A DNA stretch of 26,897 bases from Tubiluchus corallicola. Lineage: Eukaryota > Animalia > Priapulida. Below, in pieces: positions 1 through 11,309 of the stretch. Below the pieces are notes generated by a model that was given only the letters and a program-made list of their open reading frames with translations, had not been told where the DNA came from and searched no databases. Within the stretch, counting starts at the first letter, position 1, and the number at the start of each line of letters is the position of its first letter. The stretch spans positions 1 through 26,897 of the forward strand of contig JAQGDQ010001750.1 in NCBI GenBank assembly GCA_030141605.1, in the 5' to 3' direction. The position numbers were made by a program, and so were the translations under genes.

Positions 1-1261
1 ACGCAAGTGTAATATGCAAAAAGGCGGTATGTAAGTGATATAAAATTTCAATACGAATTTTTAAGCCATATGTAAGTTGAGGGTTTTCTTGTGTTTTTTA
101 AGAAATAAACGTATTTGAAAAGATCCAATAAAGTCCTAATTATGATCCTAAGTTGTGAGTGACATTGAGCAATGACAGCTTGAATAATTTACGGCAATAA
201 TAAACTTGTCAGGTTGAAGTCAAGTCAAATCGTTTCTTTTCTTTTGTGTATGAACTCTGAAAAACCACATCAACGGTGACATGACGGTGACTGGTAATAA
301 AGTCACATGGAAAAAAATCACAGTTAATTTTGACTATGGTAATTCAATTCAATTCAATTCACTTTATTTTCCTAAAAAAAAGCCACAATTTCTGCAATTG
401 TATAATGAAAAAATGTTTGTATGGAGAACGGGCAGCGAATGGACCATACGGTCAACAGGACAGCCACTCCTGTAATAATTTGGGGGGGGGGGGCTGAACT
501 TTGCTCTGTTTTGCGCTCAAACTTTTCACTCAGGGACACAGATATGCGTGTCGGGTTAAAGTAAAATATCCCTACAAATTTTAAACATACTAGTCTTACC
601 TGAATGGAATTCATAAAATCCCGTTCCCATTGGCATTTCTAAATTCGAATACTCACCTGTTCTCACCTGCAAGTTTGTAAATACAAATGTCGCTTCCTGT
701 TTCTTGGAGTTCAGTGGTTGCTGGTGTTTGTAACGCTAAACAGGACAAGCCTGCCCCCCGCACTCCCTGGACTTGTCTTCCAACTGTTTCAGCGTAATGT
801 GAGGGAGTGGTAGGCCCTCGGGGGTAGGTTGGTTTTCCGTGTTTTTCACGTTTAGCCAGCTGTATGTTTCGGTTGTGAGTAAAGAACTTTATTTAACAGT
901 AACAATCTAGTTTTTACAGATAAGCTAAGTTTGTTCTGGTCGAGCCTTACATTGCTCTTTTTAAGCTGGTGAAAGTCTCACAGTTGGTGGCTTTGTTAGT
1001 CCTGTTTGAGGATGTCGTTTTCGAACCGAGACCTCTTGGACACTGATACCACTGGTTCAAACCGTCTAGGGGTGATGGGGTGATGGCTAAAACCCTGGTG
1101 GCGAGTTCCCGACGGCGGAACAATAATATAATTGCTTGTTGCAACAGTTTACTTTATACAAGGAATTTGCAGTTTGATTTAAAAATAAAGGAAAATATCG
1201 ACAAAGAATTAGTCTTTGCACAAAAATGCAACACAAAAAGAAATGTGGTGAAGATCTGCTG

Positions 1262-1703
1262 TTAGGGCCAAGGTTAGTGTTAGGTTAATGTTAGGGTTAG
1301 GGCTAGACTTATGGTAAGTGTTAGGGCTAGAGTTAGAGTTATGGTAAGTGTTAGGGCTAGAGTTAGGGTTATGGTTAGTGTTAGAGCTAGAGTTAGGGTT
1401 AGTGTTAGTGTTAGTGTTAGAGTTAAGGCTAGAGTTAGGGTTAGAGTTAGGGTTATGGTTAGTGTTAGGGCTAGAGTTATGGTTAGTGTTAGGGCTAGAG
1501 TTATGGTTAGTGCTAGGGCTAGAGTCAGGGTCAGGGTTAGTGTTAGGGCTAGAGCTAGGGTTAGGGTTAGTGTTAGGGCTAGAGTTAGCAATATGGTTAG
1601 TGTTAAGACTAGAGTTAGAGTTATGGTAAGTGTTAGGGCTAGAGTTACGGTTATGGTTAGTGTTAGAGCTAGAGTCAGGGTAGGATTAGTGTTAGGGTTA
1701 GTG
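1262..1703. repeat. Degenerate telomere-like hexamer array (GGGTTA/GTGTTA/GAGTTA/GGGCTA/TGGTTA)
   Basis: Continuous 6-bp-period variants of TTAGGG; accounts for the LTLT/VRVR ORFs in the ORF track. Confidence 0.95.
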
Positions 1704-1990
1704 TCATTTATTATTTTTTCTGTTACCTTTCTCTGAGACTTTTTTACCTGTGACTTTTTTACCTGTAACTTTTTACCCGTGACTTTTTTACCTGTGACTT
1801 TTTTACCTGGATTCGTAATGACTGATTTCGGTTGTGATTTTCCTACTTTTTGTTAGGCTTAGTGTTAGTGTTAGTGTCATTTATTTATTTTTTGTTACTT
1901 TTCTCTGAGACTTTTTTACCCGTGACTTTTTTACCTGTGACTTTTTTACCTGGATTCGTTATGACTGATTTTGGTCGTGATTTTTCCACT
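1704..1990. mobile_element. 15-bp repeat arm (TTTTTTACCTGTGAC)n ending CCTGGATTCG, present twice in tandem; probable arm of a non-autonomous DNA transposon
   Basis: 15-mer repeats at ~1735-1810 and ~1905-1950, each followed by GGATTCGT(A/T)ATGACTGATTT. The same arm recurs at 17581-17830, and a short inverted relic lies at ~293-323. Transposon identity is inferred. Confidence 0.6.
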
Positions 1991-2103
1991 TGAATCATTT
2001 GTATGATTATTTAACATAACAGCAATATTAAACTTTTCTTAAACTATTTAGCCTGTGTCTTTTTCCATTACAGAAAAAACTCCTCCAGACGTAGAAATGC
2101 CAC

Positions 2104-3470
2104 CCAAAGTAACTGAAGCTGCCCATGAACCGTCCCACAGCAAGGAGACTTTAGTAGATAACAATGTATACACAAACTAGTAGATATGTATCTACTAACA
2201 ATAATGAAGTTACTCATCAACCAATCAACAGCAAAGAGGCACCTCTAACAGGAGATGATTTCTATAGAAAGATCGACTCATTCTAAAGAAGTTCGGCTAC
2301 CTAGTACAATTAAGTAAAGTCCATATAAAAACACTGAAATTACTGAACTGATAGCGGCAGACGGCTTTGCTTTACCACGGAGACCAAAGTAACTGAAGCT
2401 GCCCATGAACCGTCCCACAGCAAGGAGACTTTAGTAGATAACAATGTATACACAAACTAGCAGATATGTATCTACTAACAATAATGAAGTTACTCATCAA
2501 CCAATCAACAGCAAAGAGGCACCTCTAACAGGAGATGATTTCTATAGAAAGATCGACTCATTCTAAAGAAGTTCGGCTACCTAGTACAATTAAGTAAAGT
2601 CCATATAAAAACACTGAAATTACCGAACTGATAGCGGCAGACGGCTTTGCTTTACCACGGAGACCAAAGTAACTGAAGCTGCCCATGAACCGTCCCACAG
2701 CAAGGAGACTTTAGTAGATAACAATGTATACACAAACTAGCAGATATGTATCTACTAACAATAATGAAGTTACTCATCAACCAATCAACAGCAAAGAGGC
2801 ACCTCTAACAGGAGATGATTTCTATAGAAAGATCGACTCATTCTAAAGAAGTTCGGCTACCTAGTACAATTAAGTAAAGTCCATATAAAAACACTGAAAT
2901 TACTGAACTGATAGCGGCAGACGGCTTTGCTTTACCACGGAGACCAAAGTAACTGAAGCTGCCCATGAACCGTCCCACAGCAAGGAGACTTTAGTAGATA
3001 ACAATGTATACACAAACTAGCAGATATGTATCTACTAACAATAATGAAGTTACTCATCAACCAATCAACAGCAAAGAGGCACCTCTAACAGGAGATGATT
3101 TCTATAGAAAGATCGACTCATTCTAAAGAAGTTCGGCTACCTAGTACAATTAAGTAAAGTCTATATAAAAACACTGAAATTACTGAACTGATAGCGGCAG
3201 ACGGCTTTGCTTTACCACGGAGACCAAAGTAACTGAAGCTGCCCATGAACCGTCCCACAGCAAGGAGACTTTAGTAGATAACAATGTATACACAAACTAG
3301 CAGATATGTATCTACTAACAATAATGAAGTTACTCATAAACCAATCAACAGCAAAGAGGCACAAATAGAAGATGATTTCTATAGAAAGATCGACTCATTC
3401 TAAAGAAGTTCAGCTACCTAGTACAATTAAGTAAAGTCCATGTAAACACTGAAATTACTGAACTGAACTG
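2104..3470. repeat. 280-bp tandem repeat, about 4.9 copies
   Basis: CCAAAGTAACTGAAGCT recurs at 2104, 2384, 2664, 2944 and 3224. Units are near-identical; the last is diverged. Confidence 0.97.
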
Positions 3471-3535
3471 AACATTCTAAAGAATCGAACCCACGACCTT
3501 TGCCTATCAGAAGAAATGTAAACGTGTCCTAACTG

Positions 3536-3678
3536 GATGTGCGTCTATCATTATGAAAACGGCAAGCACTGTGTGTTGCAATGTCCGTTGCATGCCGGGA
3601 GCCGGGGGGGGGGGGCGTTCGAGTTCGTTTAATCATTTATCCTGTATGATTAAAAAATTTTCCTAATATTAATGAATT
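3536..3678. repeat. Dispersed repeat, copy 1 (copy 2 at 20855-20975)
   Basis: Shared GATGTGCGTC...TGTTGCAATGTCCGTTGCA-GCCGGGAGCC(G)nCGTTCGAG...ATTTATCCTGTATGATT. Confidence 0.85.
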
Positions 3679-3694
3679 AAACATCGAAACGAAA

Positions 3695-6600
3695 ACTACT
3701 CAAATTATTACATCATTTACTTCATTCTTATTTACATTAAGTTATCTACAGAAGCATGCATAACTATAATCATTTTTTCATTTAAGTAAGGTGAGTGTGT
3801 TAATGACCGTATGGTCGTACACTCACCTCGCACTACTCAAATTATTACATCATTTACTTCATCCTTATTTACATTAAGTTATCTACAGAAGCATGCATAA
3901 CTATAATCATTTTTTCATTTAAGTGAGGTGAGTGTGTTAATGACCGTATGGTCGTACACTCACCTCGCACTACTCAAATTATTACATCATTTACTTCATC
4001 CTTATTTACATTAAGTTATCTACAGAAGCATGCATAACTATAATCATTTTTTCATTTAAGTAAGGTGAGTGTGTTAATGACCGTATGGTCGTACACTCAC
4101 CTCGCACTACTCAAATTATTACATCATTTACTTCATTCTTATTTACATTAAGTTATCTACAGAAGCATGCATAACTATAATCATTTTTTCATTTAAGTAA
4201 GGTGAGTGTGTTAATGACCGTATGGTCGTACACTCACCTCGCACTACTCAAATTATTACATCATTTACTTCATCCTTATTTACATTAAGTTATCTACAGA
4301 AGCATGCATAACTATAATCATTTTTTCATTTAAGTAAGGTGAGTGTGTTAATGACCGTATGGTCGTACACTCACCTCGCACTACTCAAATTATTACATCA
4401 TTTACTTCATCCTTATTTACATTAAGTTATCTACAGAAGCATGCATAACTATAATCATTTTTTCATTTAAGTAAGGTGAGTGTGTTAATGACCGTATGGT
4501 CGTACACTCACCTCGCACTACTCAAATTATTACATCATTTACTTCATCCTTATTTACATTAAGTTATCTACAGAAGCATGCATAACTATAATCATTTTTT
4601 CATTTAAGTAAGGTGAGTGTGTTAATGACCGTATGGTCGTACACTCACCGCGCACTACTCAAATTATTATATCATTTACTTCATTCTTATTTACATTAAG
4701 TTATCTACAGAAGCATGCATAACTATAATCATTTTTTCATTTAAGTAAGGTGAGTGTGTTAATGACCGTATGGTCGTACACTCACCTCGCACTACTCAAA
4801 TTATTACATCATTTACTTCATCCTTATTTACATTAAGTTATCTACAGAAGCATGCATAACTATAATCATTTTTTCATTTAAGTAAGGTGAGTGTGTTAAT
4901 GACCGTATGGTCGTACACTCACCTCGCACTACTCAAATTATTACATCATTTACTTCATCCTTATTTACATTAAGTTATCTACAGAAGCATGCATAACTAT
5001 AATCATTTTTTCATTTAAGTAAGGTGAGTGTGTTAATGACCGTATGGTCGTACACTCACCTCGCACTACTCAAATTATTACATCATTTACTTCATCCTTA
5101 TTTACATTAAGTTATCTACAGAAGCATGCATAACTATAATCATTTTTTCATTTAAGTAAGGTGAGTGTGTTAATGACCGTATGGTCGTACACTCACCTCG
5201 CACTACTCAAATTATTACATCATTTACTTCATCCTTATTTACATTAAGTTATCTACAGAAGCATGCATAACTATAATCATTTTTTCATTTAAGTAAGGTG
5301 AGTGTGTTAATGACCGTATGGTCGTACACTCACCTCGCACTACTCAAATTATTACATCATTTACTTCATCCTTATTTACATTAAGTTATCTACAGAAGCA
5401 TGCATAACTATAATCATTTTTTCATTTAAGTAAGGTGAGTGTGTTAATGACCGTATGGTCGTACACTCACCTCGCACTACTCAAATTATTACATCATTTA
5501 CTTCATCCTTATTTACATTAAGTTATCTACAGAAGCATGCATAACTATAATCATTTTTTCATTTAAGTAAGGTGAGTGTGTTAATGACCGTATGGTCGTA
5601 CACTCACCTCGCACTACTCAAATTATTACATCATTTACTTCATCCTTATTTACATTAAGTTATCTACAGAAGCATGCATAACTATAATCATTTTTTCATT
5701 TAAGTAAGGTGAGTGTGTTAATGACCGTATGGTCGTACACTCACCTCGCACTACTCAAATTATTACATCATTTACTTCATCCTTATTTACATTAAGTTAT
5801 CTACAGAAGCATGCATAACTATAATCATTTTTTCATTTAAGTAAGGTGAGTGTGTTAATGACCGTATGGTCGTACACTCACCTCGCACTACTCAAATTAT
5901 TACATCATTTACTTCATCCTTATTTACATTAAGTTATCTACAGAAGCATGCATAACTATAATCATTTTTTCATTTAAGTAAGGTGAGTGTGTTAATGACC
6001 GTATGGTCGTACACTCACCTCGCACTACTCAAATTATTACATCATTTACTTCATCCTTATTTACATAGAGTTATCTACAGAAGCATGCATAACTATAATC
6101 ATTTTTCATTTAAGTAAGGTGAGTGTGTTAATGACCGTATGGTCGTACACTCACCTCGCACTACTCAAATTATTACATCATTTACTTCATCCTTATTTAC
6201 ATTAAGTTATCTACAGAAGCATGCATAACTATAATCATTTTTTCATTTAAGTAAGGTGAGTGTGTTAATGACCGTATGGTCGTACACTCACCTCGCACTA
6301 CTCAAATTATTACATCATTTACTTCATCCTTATTTACATTAAGTTATCTACAGAAGCATGCATAACTATAATCATTTTTTCATTTAAGTAAGGTGAGTGT
6401 GTTAATGACCGTATGGTTGTACACTCACCTCGCACTACTCAAATTATTACATCATTTACTTCATCCTTATTTACATTAAGTTATCTACAGAAGCATGCAT
6501 AACTATAATCATTTTTCATTTAAGTAAGGTGAGTGTGTTAATGACCGTATGGTTGTCCACTCACCTCGCACTACTCAAATTATTACATCATTTACTTCAT

Positions 6601-7403
6601 CCTTATTTACATTAAGTTATCTACAGAAGCATGCATAACTATAATCATTTTTTCATTTAAGTAAGGTGAGTGTGTTAATGACCGTATGGTCGTACACTCA
6701 CCTCGTACTACTCAAATTATTACATCATTTACTTCATCCTTATTTACATGAAGTTATCTACAGAAGCATGTATAACTATAATCATTTTTCATTTAAGTAA
6801 GGTGAGTGTGTTAATGACCGTATGGTCGTCCACTCACCTCGCACTACTCAAATTATTACATCATTTACTTCATCCTTATTTACATGAAGTTATCTACAGA
6901 AGCATGCATAATTATAATCGTTTTTTCATTTAAGTAAGGTGAGTGTGTTAATGACCGTATGGTCGTACACTCACCTCGCACTACTCAAATTATTACATCA
7001 TTTATTTCATCCTTATTTACATGAAGTTATCTACAGAAGCATGCATAATTATAATCGTTTTTTCATTTAAGTAAGGTGAGTGTGTTAATGATCATATGGT
7101 CGTACACTCACCTCGCACTACTCAAATTATTACATCATTTACTTCATCCTTATTTACATGAAGTTATCTACAGAAGCATGCATAACTATAATCATTTTTC
7201 ATTTAAGTAAGGTGAGTGTGTTAATGACCGTATGGTCGTACACTCACCTCGCACTACTCAAATTATTACATCATTTACTTCATCCTTATTTACATTAAGT
7301 TATCTACAGAAGCATGCATAACTATAATCATTTTTCATTTAAGTAAGGTGAGTGTGTTAATGACCGTATGGTCGTACAGTCACCTCGCACTACTCAAATT
7401 ATT
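3695..7403. repeat. 137-bp satellite, about 27 copies, each with an internal hairpin
   Basis: ACTACTCAAATTATT recurs every 137 bp (3695, 3832, 3969...). Each unit has AGGTGAGTGT-gttaat-GACC-gtat-GGTC-gt-ACACTCACCT. Confidence 0.98.
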
Positions 7404-7595
7404 TTATTTTAAATTTATTTATGTGAATGATATTGTATATTTTGATGTGTGAAAATAAATTCATAGTCATAGTCACTCAATAGTATTGTGCAATATTCAT
7501 TACTGAGAGATTATTTTGCGTAATACTATTTAATGTGTGACTATGCCCCACTTACGCTCAAGCTTAAACTAAAATTAAAACATGTACAGCATTTT

Positions 7596-7924
7596 GCCTG
7601 CAAACCAAAAGCGTCCATAAGTCGGCTTAGTTAAAAGTACGTTATCGGGTTTCAAAGCAAAATGTCTCAAAAATTTGGTCAAATGTCAATTTTTTTATGA
7701 AATCAAACGCTAAATATGTTGGACTTTTACATTCTAGCATCAAATTAACAAGAAAATGTAAAAAAGTATGCTAAAAATTTTATTGTGTAACCCATATCCA
7801 CTTTTCGGCTAGAAACTTGTACTGCAATTGTAAAAATGGTATCAAAATGTTCCTCGTGAAATGCAGATACAGGATATGTGAAAAGGCTTAATTGCCGACT
7901 TATGGACGGTTTTGCTATGCAAGC
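7596..7924. mobile_element. MITE-like element with imperfect ~30-bp terminal inverted repeats
   Basis: CGTCCATAAGTCGGC (7612-7626) is the exact reverse complement of GCCGACTTATGGACG (7894-7908); the match extends imperfectly outwards. Confidence 0.7.
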
Positions 7925-8457
7925 ACTTAACATTGTAAGGGTAGTCTTATGACTTATGACCAATGCAACTTATGACCGCTCGACCTTATAACCCGATCAA
8001 AAGTTAATTAGTTAATTATACGAAACTAAGTACGACTCATATCTGCTTTGATTTTTTAGCAAATTACTTTTAAATCGGTATCTATTTCGATAAATTCATC
8101 TGTAGGTGCAACTATATTTCATGCGAGCATGCATGAAGTATCTAACATGAACATAAAGGTTCAACTTACGACTATGGTCGTATGTCGGCGACCATCTATA
8201 GTGACTCTCTGTATTTATGGATTTGAAATTTAATAAAAAATTACACCAACATTTTGTGTTTGCCATTTTATTCTTTTACACTGTCACTTCATGAAACACT
8301 TAGTCACATTTTATTCCTCACAAAATATAATGAGTCATTCAAACAATAGCTGAAAGGGTTACTAATAAAACCAAATAATGCACAATGTTATTTTCTTGTA
8401 AAGCTGGAAATTAATGCATTTGCAAAATTTATAACTTCTAACGGACAGTAAAATCAC

Positions 8458-8800
8458 ATGGATAAAGGAAAGTTTGTGACTTATATTGAAAAGTCGTTGC
8501 AAGTTTTTCCTAGAGAGCAACTTCATATTGTATCCGCTGATAATTTAATCCAAAACCCAATAAGCGAACTGAGAAGAGTTGAAACGTTTCAGAACTTGGG
8601 CCATCTTATAATTGAACATGCATTTGTCTACAAATGAGATAAAGATTTTATTGTTTCCATGAAAGAACTAGTAAAAATAATAGTAAAGACGTCACCTTTT
8701 GAGAAAGGCGAAAATAGAAAACACCCAACAGTATCACAAGAAACTGGAAAAACGTTTAAAACGAATTTTTAAACCCTATAACGAAAAGTTTTTAAATTAG
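8458..8800 (+). pseudogene. Decayed C-terminal fragment of a heparan sulfate glucosamine 3-O-sulfotransferase (HS3ST-like) gene
   Basis: Manual translation from 8458 gives MDKGKFVTYIEKSLQVFPREQLHIVSADNLIQNPISELRRVETFQNLGHLIIEHAFVYK*DK. Frameshifted pieces FYCF, RKHPTVSQE and LEKRLKRIFKPYNEKFFKL follow. This tracks the HS3ST C-terminal pattern (FPxxQxHxVxGxxLIxxPxxExxxVxxFL...KGFYC...KGRxHP...FxPxNxxF). Stop at 8635-8637. Confidence 0.75.
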
Positions 8801-8814
8801 ATTAAATTTTTAAA

Positions 8815-9332
8815 TAATCGGAAGGCAATGGAGTGTGCGCCAAGAGAGTCAGTTATTGATCACATTGATGGAGCTGCAGCGTCGACTGTGGCTGAGCAGT
8901 CCGATCCTTGAACGTCTCCAGGGCAAGGTGTATGGAGATCCTGAGTTGCACAGACAACAGGAACCCCCTCTTTTCCTCCCTCGTGTAGTCCAAAGGAAAG
9001 CGGAGCGATACGTTTGGCACCAGGTTGGCTGCAGGAGCTGCCGGAGTCAGTGAGTATGCTGCACTGGTCCGTCTTCGGGGCTCCACTCCTAATTTGGAAG
9101 GTTTACTCCTCCACACATGGCCGTTGGGTCACTTGACCTCCTCTGCCCTCTAGCCGTTGGCTGCTTGTACGGCTCCTCCACCTAGTGTCGAGATACAGCG
9201 TGGGCATCCCGCAAGCCTACAGCACCTGGTATTCCTAGGCAGTCACCCATCCAAGTACTAACAAGGCTCTACGTTGCTTAACTTCGGTGATCAAACGAGA
9301 ACCGGTGTTTTCAACGTGATTTGGCTGTGGTC
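8815..9332 (-). mobile_element. Probable 5S rRNA-derived SINE (SINE3): full 5S head plus ~400-bp GC-rich body resembling RTE-LINE untranslated regions
   Basis: The 5S copy lacks an oligo-T terminator and runs straight into a GC-rich body containing CCGGCAGCTCCTGCAGCCAACCTGGTGCCAAACGTAT...TTCCTTTGGAC...CAGGATCTCCATA. I recall this motif from RTE 5'UTRs and RTE-dependent bipartite SINEs; it needs a database check. Confidence 0.6.
9213..9332 (-). rRNA. 5S rRNA-like sequence, 120 bp, diverged (pseudogene or SINE head)
   Basis: Reverse complement reads GACCACAGCCAAATCACGTTGAAAACACCGGTTCTCGTTTGATCACCGAAGTTAAGCAACGTAGAGCCTTGTTAGTACTTGGATGGGTGACTGCCTAGGAATACCAGGTGCTGTAGGCTT. Boxes A and C are recognisable, with several CpG-decay-type changes. 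Confidence 0.92.
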
Positions 9333-9949
9333 TATATCTATATAACGTATAACTTCTTATAACGTATAACTTCAAATGCAGCACTAAAAATGTCTTTGGT
9401 CATATGGTACTGATGTTGGACGAGTGTTAACTCTTCACAAGCATACATGTTTAAATCAGACTCATCTGTTATTGTTGTACCTGCATAATATTTTACGTTA
9501 TTATGTTATCATTAATTTCTCTGAGAATAATGTGTTCCATTTGTAACTCAAAATTTGACACTCATAAGTAATGGAGTAATTCCGTGTTTGGTTCTTCAAG
9601 TATAAAATTAAGATAAGAGCATCCCTCTTTGAACAACCAAATCAATTTCACTCGTCATTTCACAGCACTTATTTCAGTAGTATGAAAGCAAAAGTACTAA
9701 AAATAAGAAATAAAAGAGAATAAAAAGCAGAATAATAAAATTTGAAATAAATATTGACGATTTTTTTGCCCACGTGCATCAACATTTTCTCAGGAATCGT
9801 TCAGCTGTCAGCATAAAATGTGAAAGAGCATAAGAATAAGATTACTTTCCTTTCCAGGATACATTTCACTTTGTTGAAAATCAGTCAAAAGTCAAAGCAA
9901 AAAAAAGACATTTCCTCAACATTAGCTGCAAATCATTTATTAAATTAAC

Positions 9950-10201
9950 TTAAAAGAGTGTCTGCCTACTCTTCAGCACTTTCAAAAGTGGGAAGATACC
10001 TCTCCAAATTTAAGTCCAGGTGATGTCGTCCTAATTCTTGACTACACATGTCCACGTAGTGAGTGGCCACTTGGCAGAGTGACACATGTATTTCCTGGTA
10101 AAGATGACCGAGTTCGGACGGTGCAAGTCAAAACACCCACTTCAATTCTCAAACGACCCATTCAAAAGCTATGCTTACTAGAAAGGGTTAATGGAAATTA
10201 A
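9950..10201 (+). mobile_element. 3' end of BEL/Pao LTR-retrotransposon polyprotein (post-integrase C-terminal domain, DUF5641-like)
   Basis: Open frame LKECLPTLQHFQKWEDTSPNLSPGDVVLILDYTCPRSEWPLGRVTHVFPGKDDRVRTVQVKTPTSILKRPIQKLCLLERVNGN*, carrying the GDVVLI/WPLGRV/RPIxKLCxLE motifs; followed by a polypurine tract at 10220-10231. Confidence 0.92.
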
Positions 10202-10231
10202 ATATTAAAATCGTTTAATAGGGGGGTGTGA

Positions 10232-10983
10232 TGTTGGGGATACTGATACTGTCATGTGCTGCCACCTTTTAAGCCTTTAAGTTTTGAATGAATTTCTTGC
10301 TTTAAATTTGTTAGCCTGTACATATATACTCAGGTGTTTCACTGTCATGTGCTGCCACCTGTTAGGCCTTTAGGCCTTGAATGAATTTCTTGCTTTAAAT
10401 TTGTTAGCCTGTACATATATACTCAGGTGATTCACTGTCATGTGCTGCCACCTGTTCGGCCTTTAGGCCTTGAATGAATTTCTGGCTTTAAATTTGTTAG
10501 CCTGTACTTATATGCTCAGGTGATTCAATCTGGTTTTATGCAGAAGTCAGTAGGACAGTAGACTGTTACACTGTCTAGGTGTTTGCTGTCTGTTTTATAC
10601 TTAATTTAGCCAAATTCAATGATTTGATAAATGCTTGTGACCTGTTTCTGCAGTTTTCTGATGTCTTTAAGTTTAAATGCCAGGGCTGGCCAATACACGT
10701 AAATTAAATATGATGATTATTAATGTTTTTTGGATTACTTAAAAGACAAGTTTAACTTCTATTTCATGTAGCACTTTACTACTTTACAATTGTTGTGCTT
10801 TGTAATAATAGTGCAATTTGCACCTAAATGATTTAATATTTTGATTTAGTTCCTACTTTATAATAATCTTGTATAATCACCTGAATTTGCAAAATGCTTT
10901 TAATTTATTTTCTCAGAATAAATAACCGTTAGCAAGCCAATGTGGAATTTGAAGTTTTGTTTTGGGACATTCCGTCAGTTACA
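10232..10983 (+). mobile_element. Probable 3' LTR of the BEL/Pao element, containing about 3 copies of a 93-bp repeat (10248-10527)
   Basis: Begins TGTT immediately after the PPT AGGGGGGTGTGA. AATAAA near 10917 and a candidate end ...GTTACA at 10983. The right boundary is uncertain. Confidence 0.6.
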
Positions 10984-11309
10984 GTTGTATATTCTATATC
11001 TAGAATCTAAAATTTATGTTCTTACTGTAGTTAAAAATGACGTAGTTGTAAAAATCATCTTGTCTTTCTTTAAATCCTTTTCATGTAGTTTGAAAAACTC
11101 TCCTGGTTAGAGCCGGTAAAGATAGTCTAAAGAGAAACAATGAATCTGCAGATATGCCTAAGCTGCAAACACCACCCATAAGATGTTTTTCTGGTGGCCA
11201 CCCATCCAGCTGGCCTACAGACTTGTGATGATTAACTTTACTACAACTTGGCTATTCCACTTACCTCAAGACTGAGTTCCTTTTTGTAATGCTTTGTACT
11301 TCTATACAG

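Noticed and set aside
729-1146. Possible solo LTR (TGT...ACA, AATAAA on the minus strand)
   Set aside because: Flanks do not form a proper 4-6-bp TSD and the terminal inverted repeat is weak.
1262-1703. True telomere, or the three overlapping ORFs as proteins
   Set aside because: The array is degenerate and internal; the ORFs are artefacts of the 6-bp period.
3695-7403. CRISPR array or hammerhead-ribozyme satellite
   Set aside because: Sequence between hairpins is identical rather than unique, and no CUGANGA...GAAA core was found on either strand.
9213-9332. Functional 5S rRNA gene
   Set aside because: Single copy here, multiple substitutions in stem regions, and no oligo-T terminator.
11185-11240. 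Second 5S-derived relic (CACCCATCCA...TTAACTT)
   Set aside because: Only two short motifs match; too degenerate to call.
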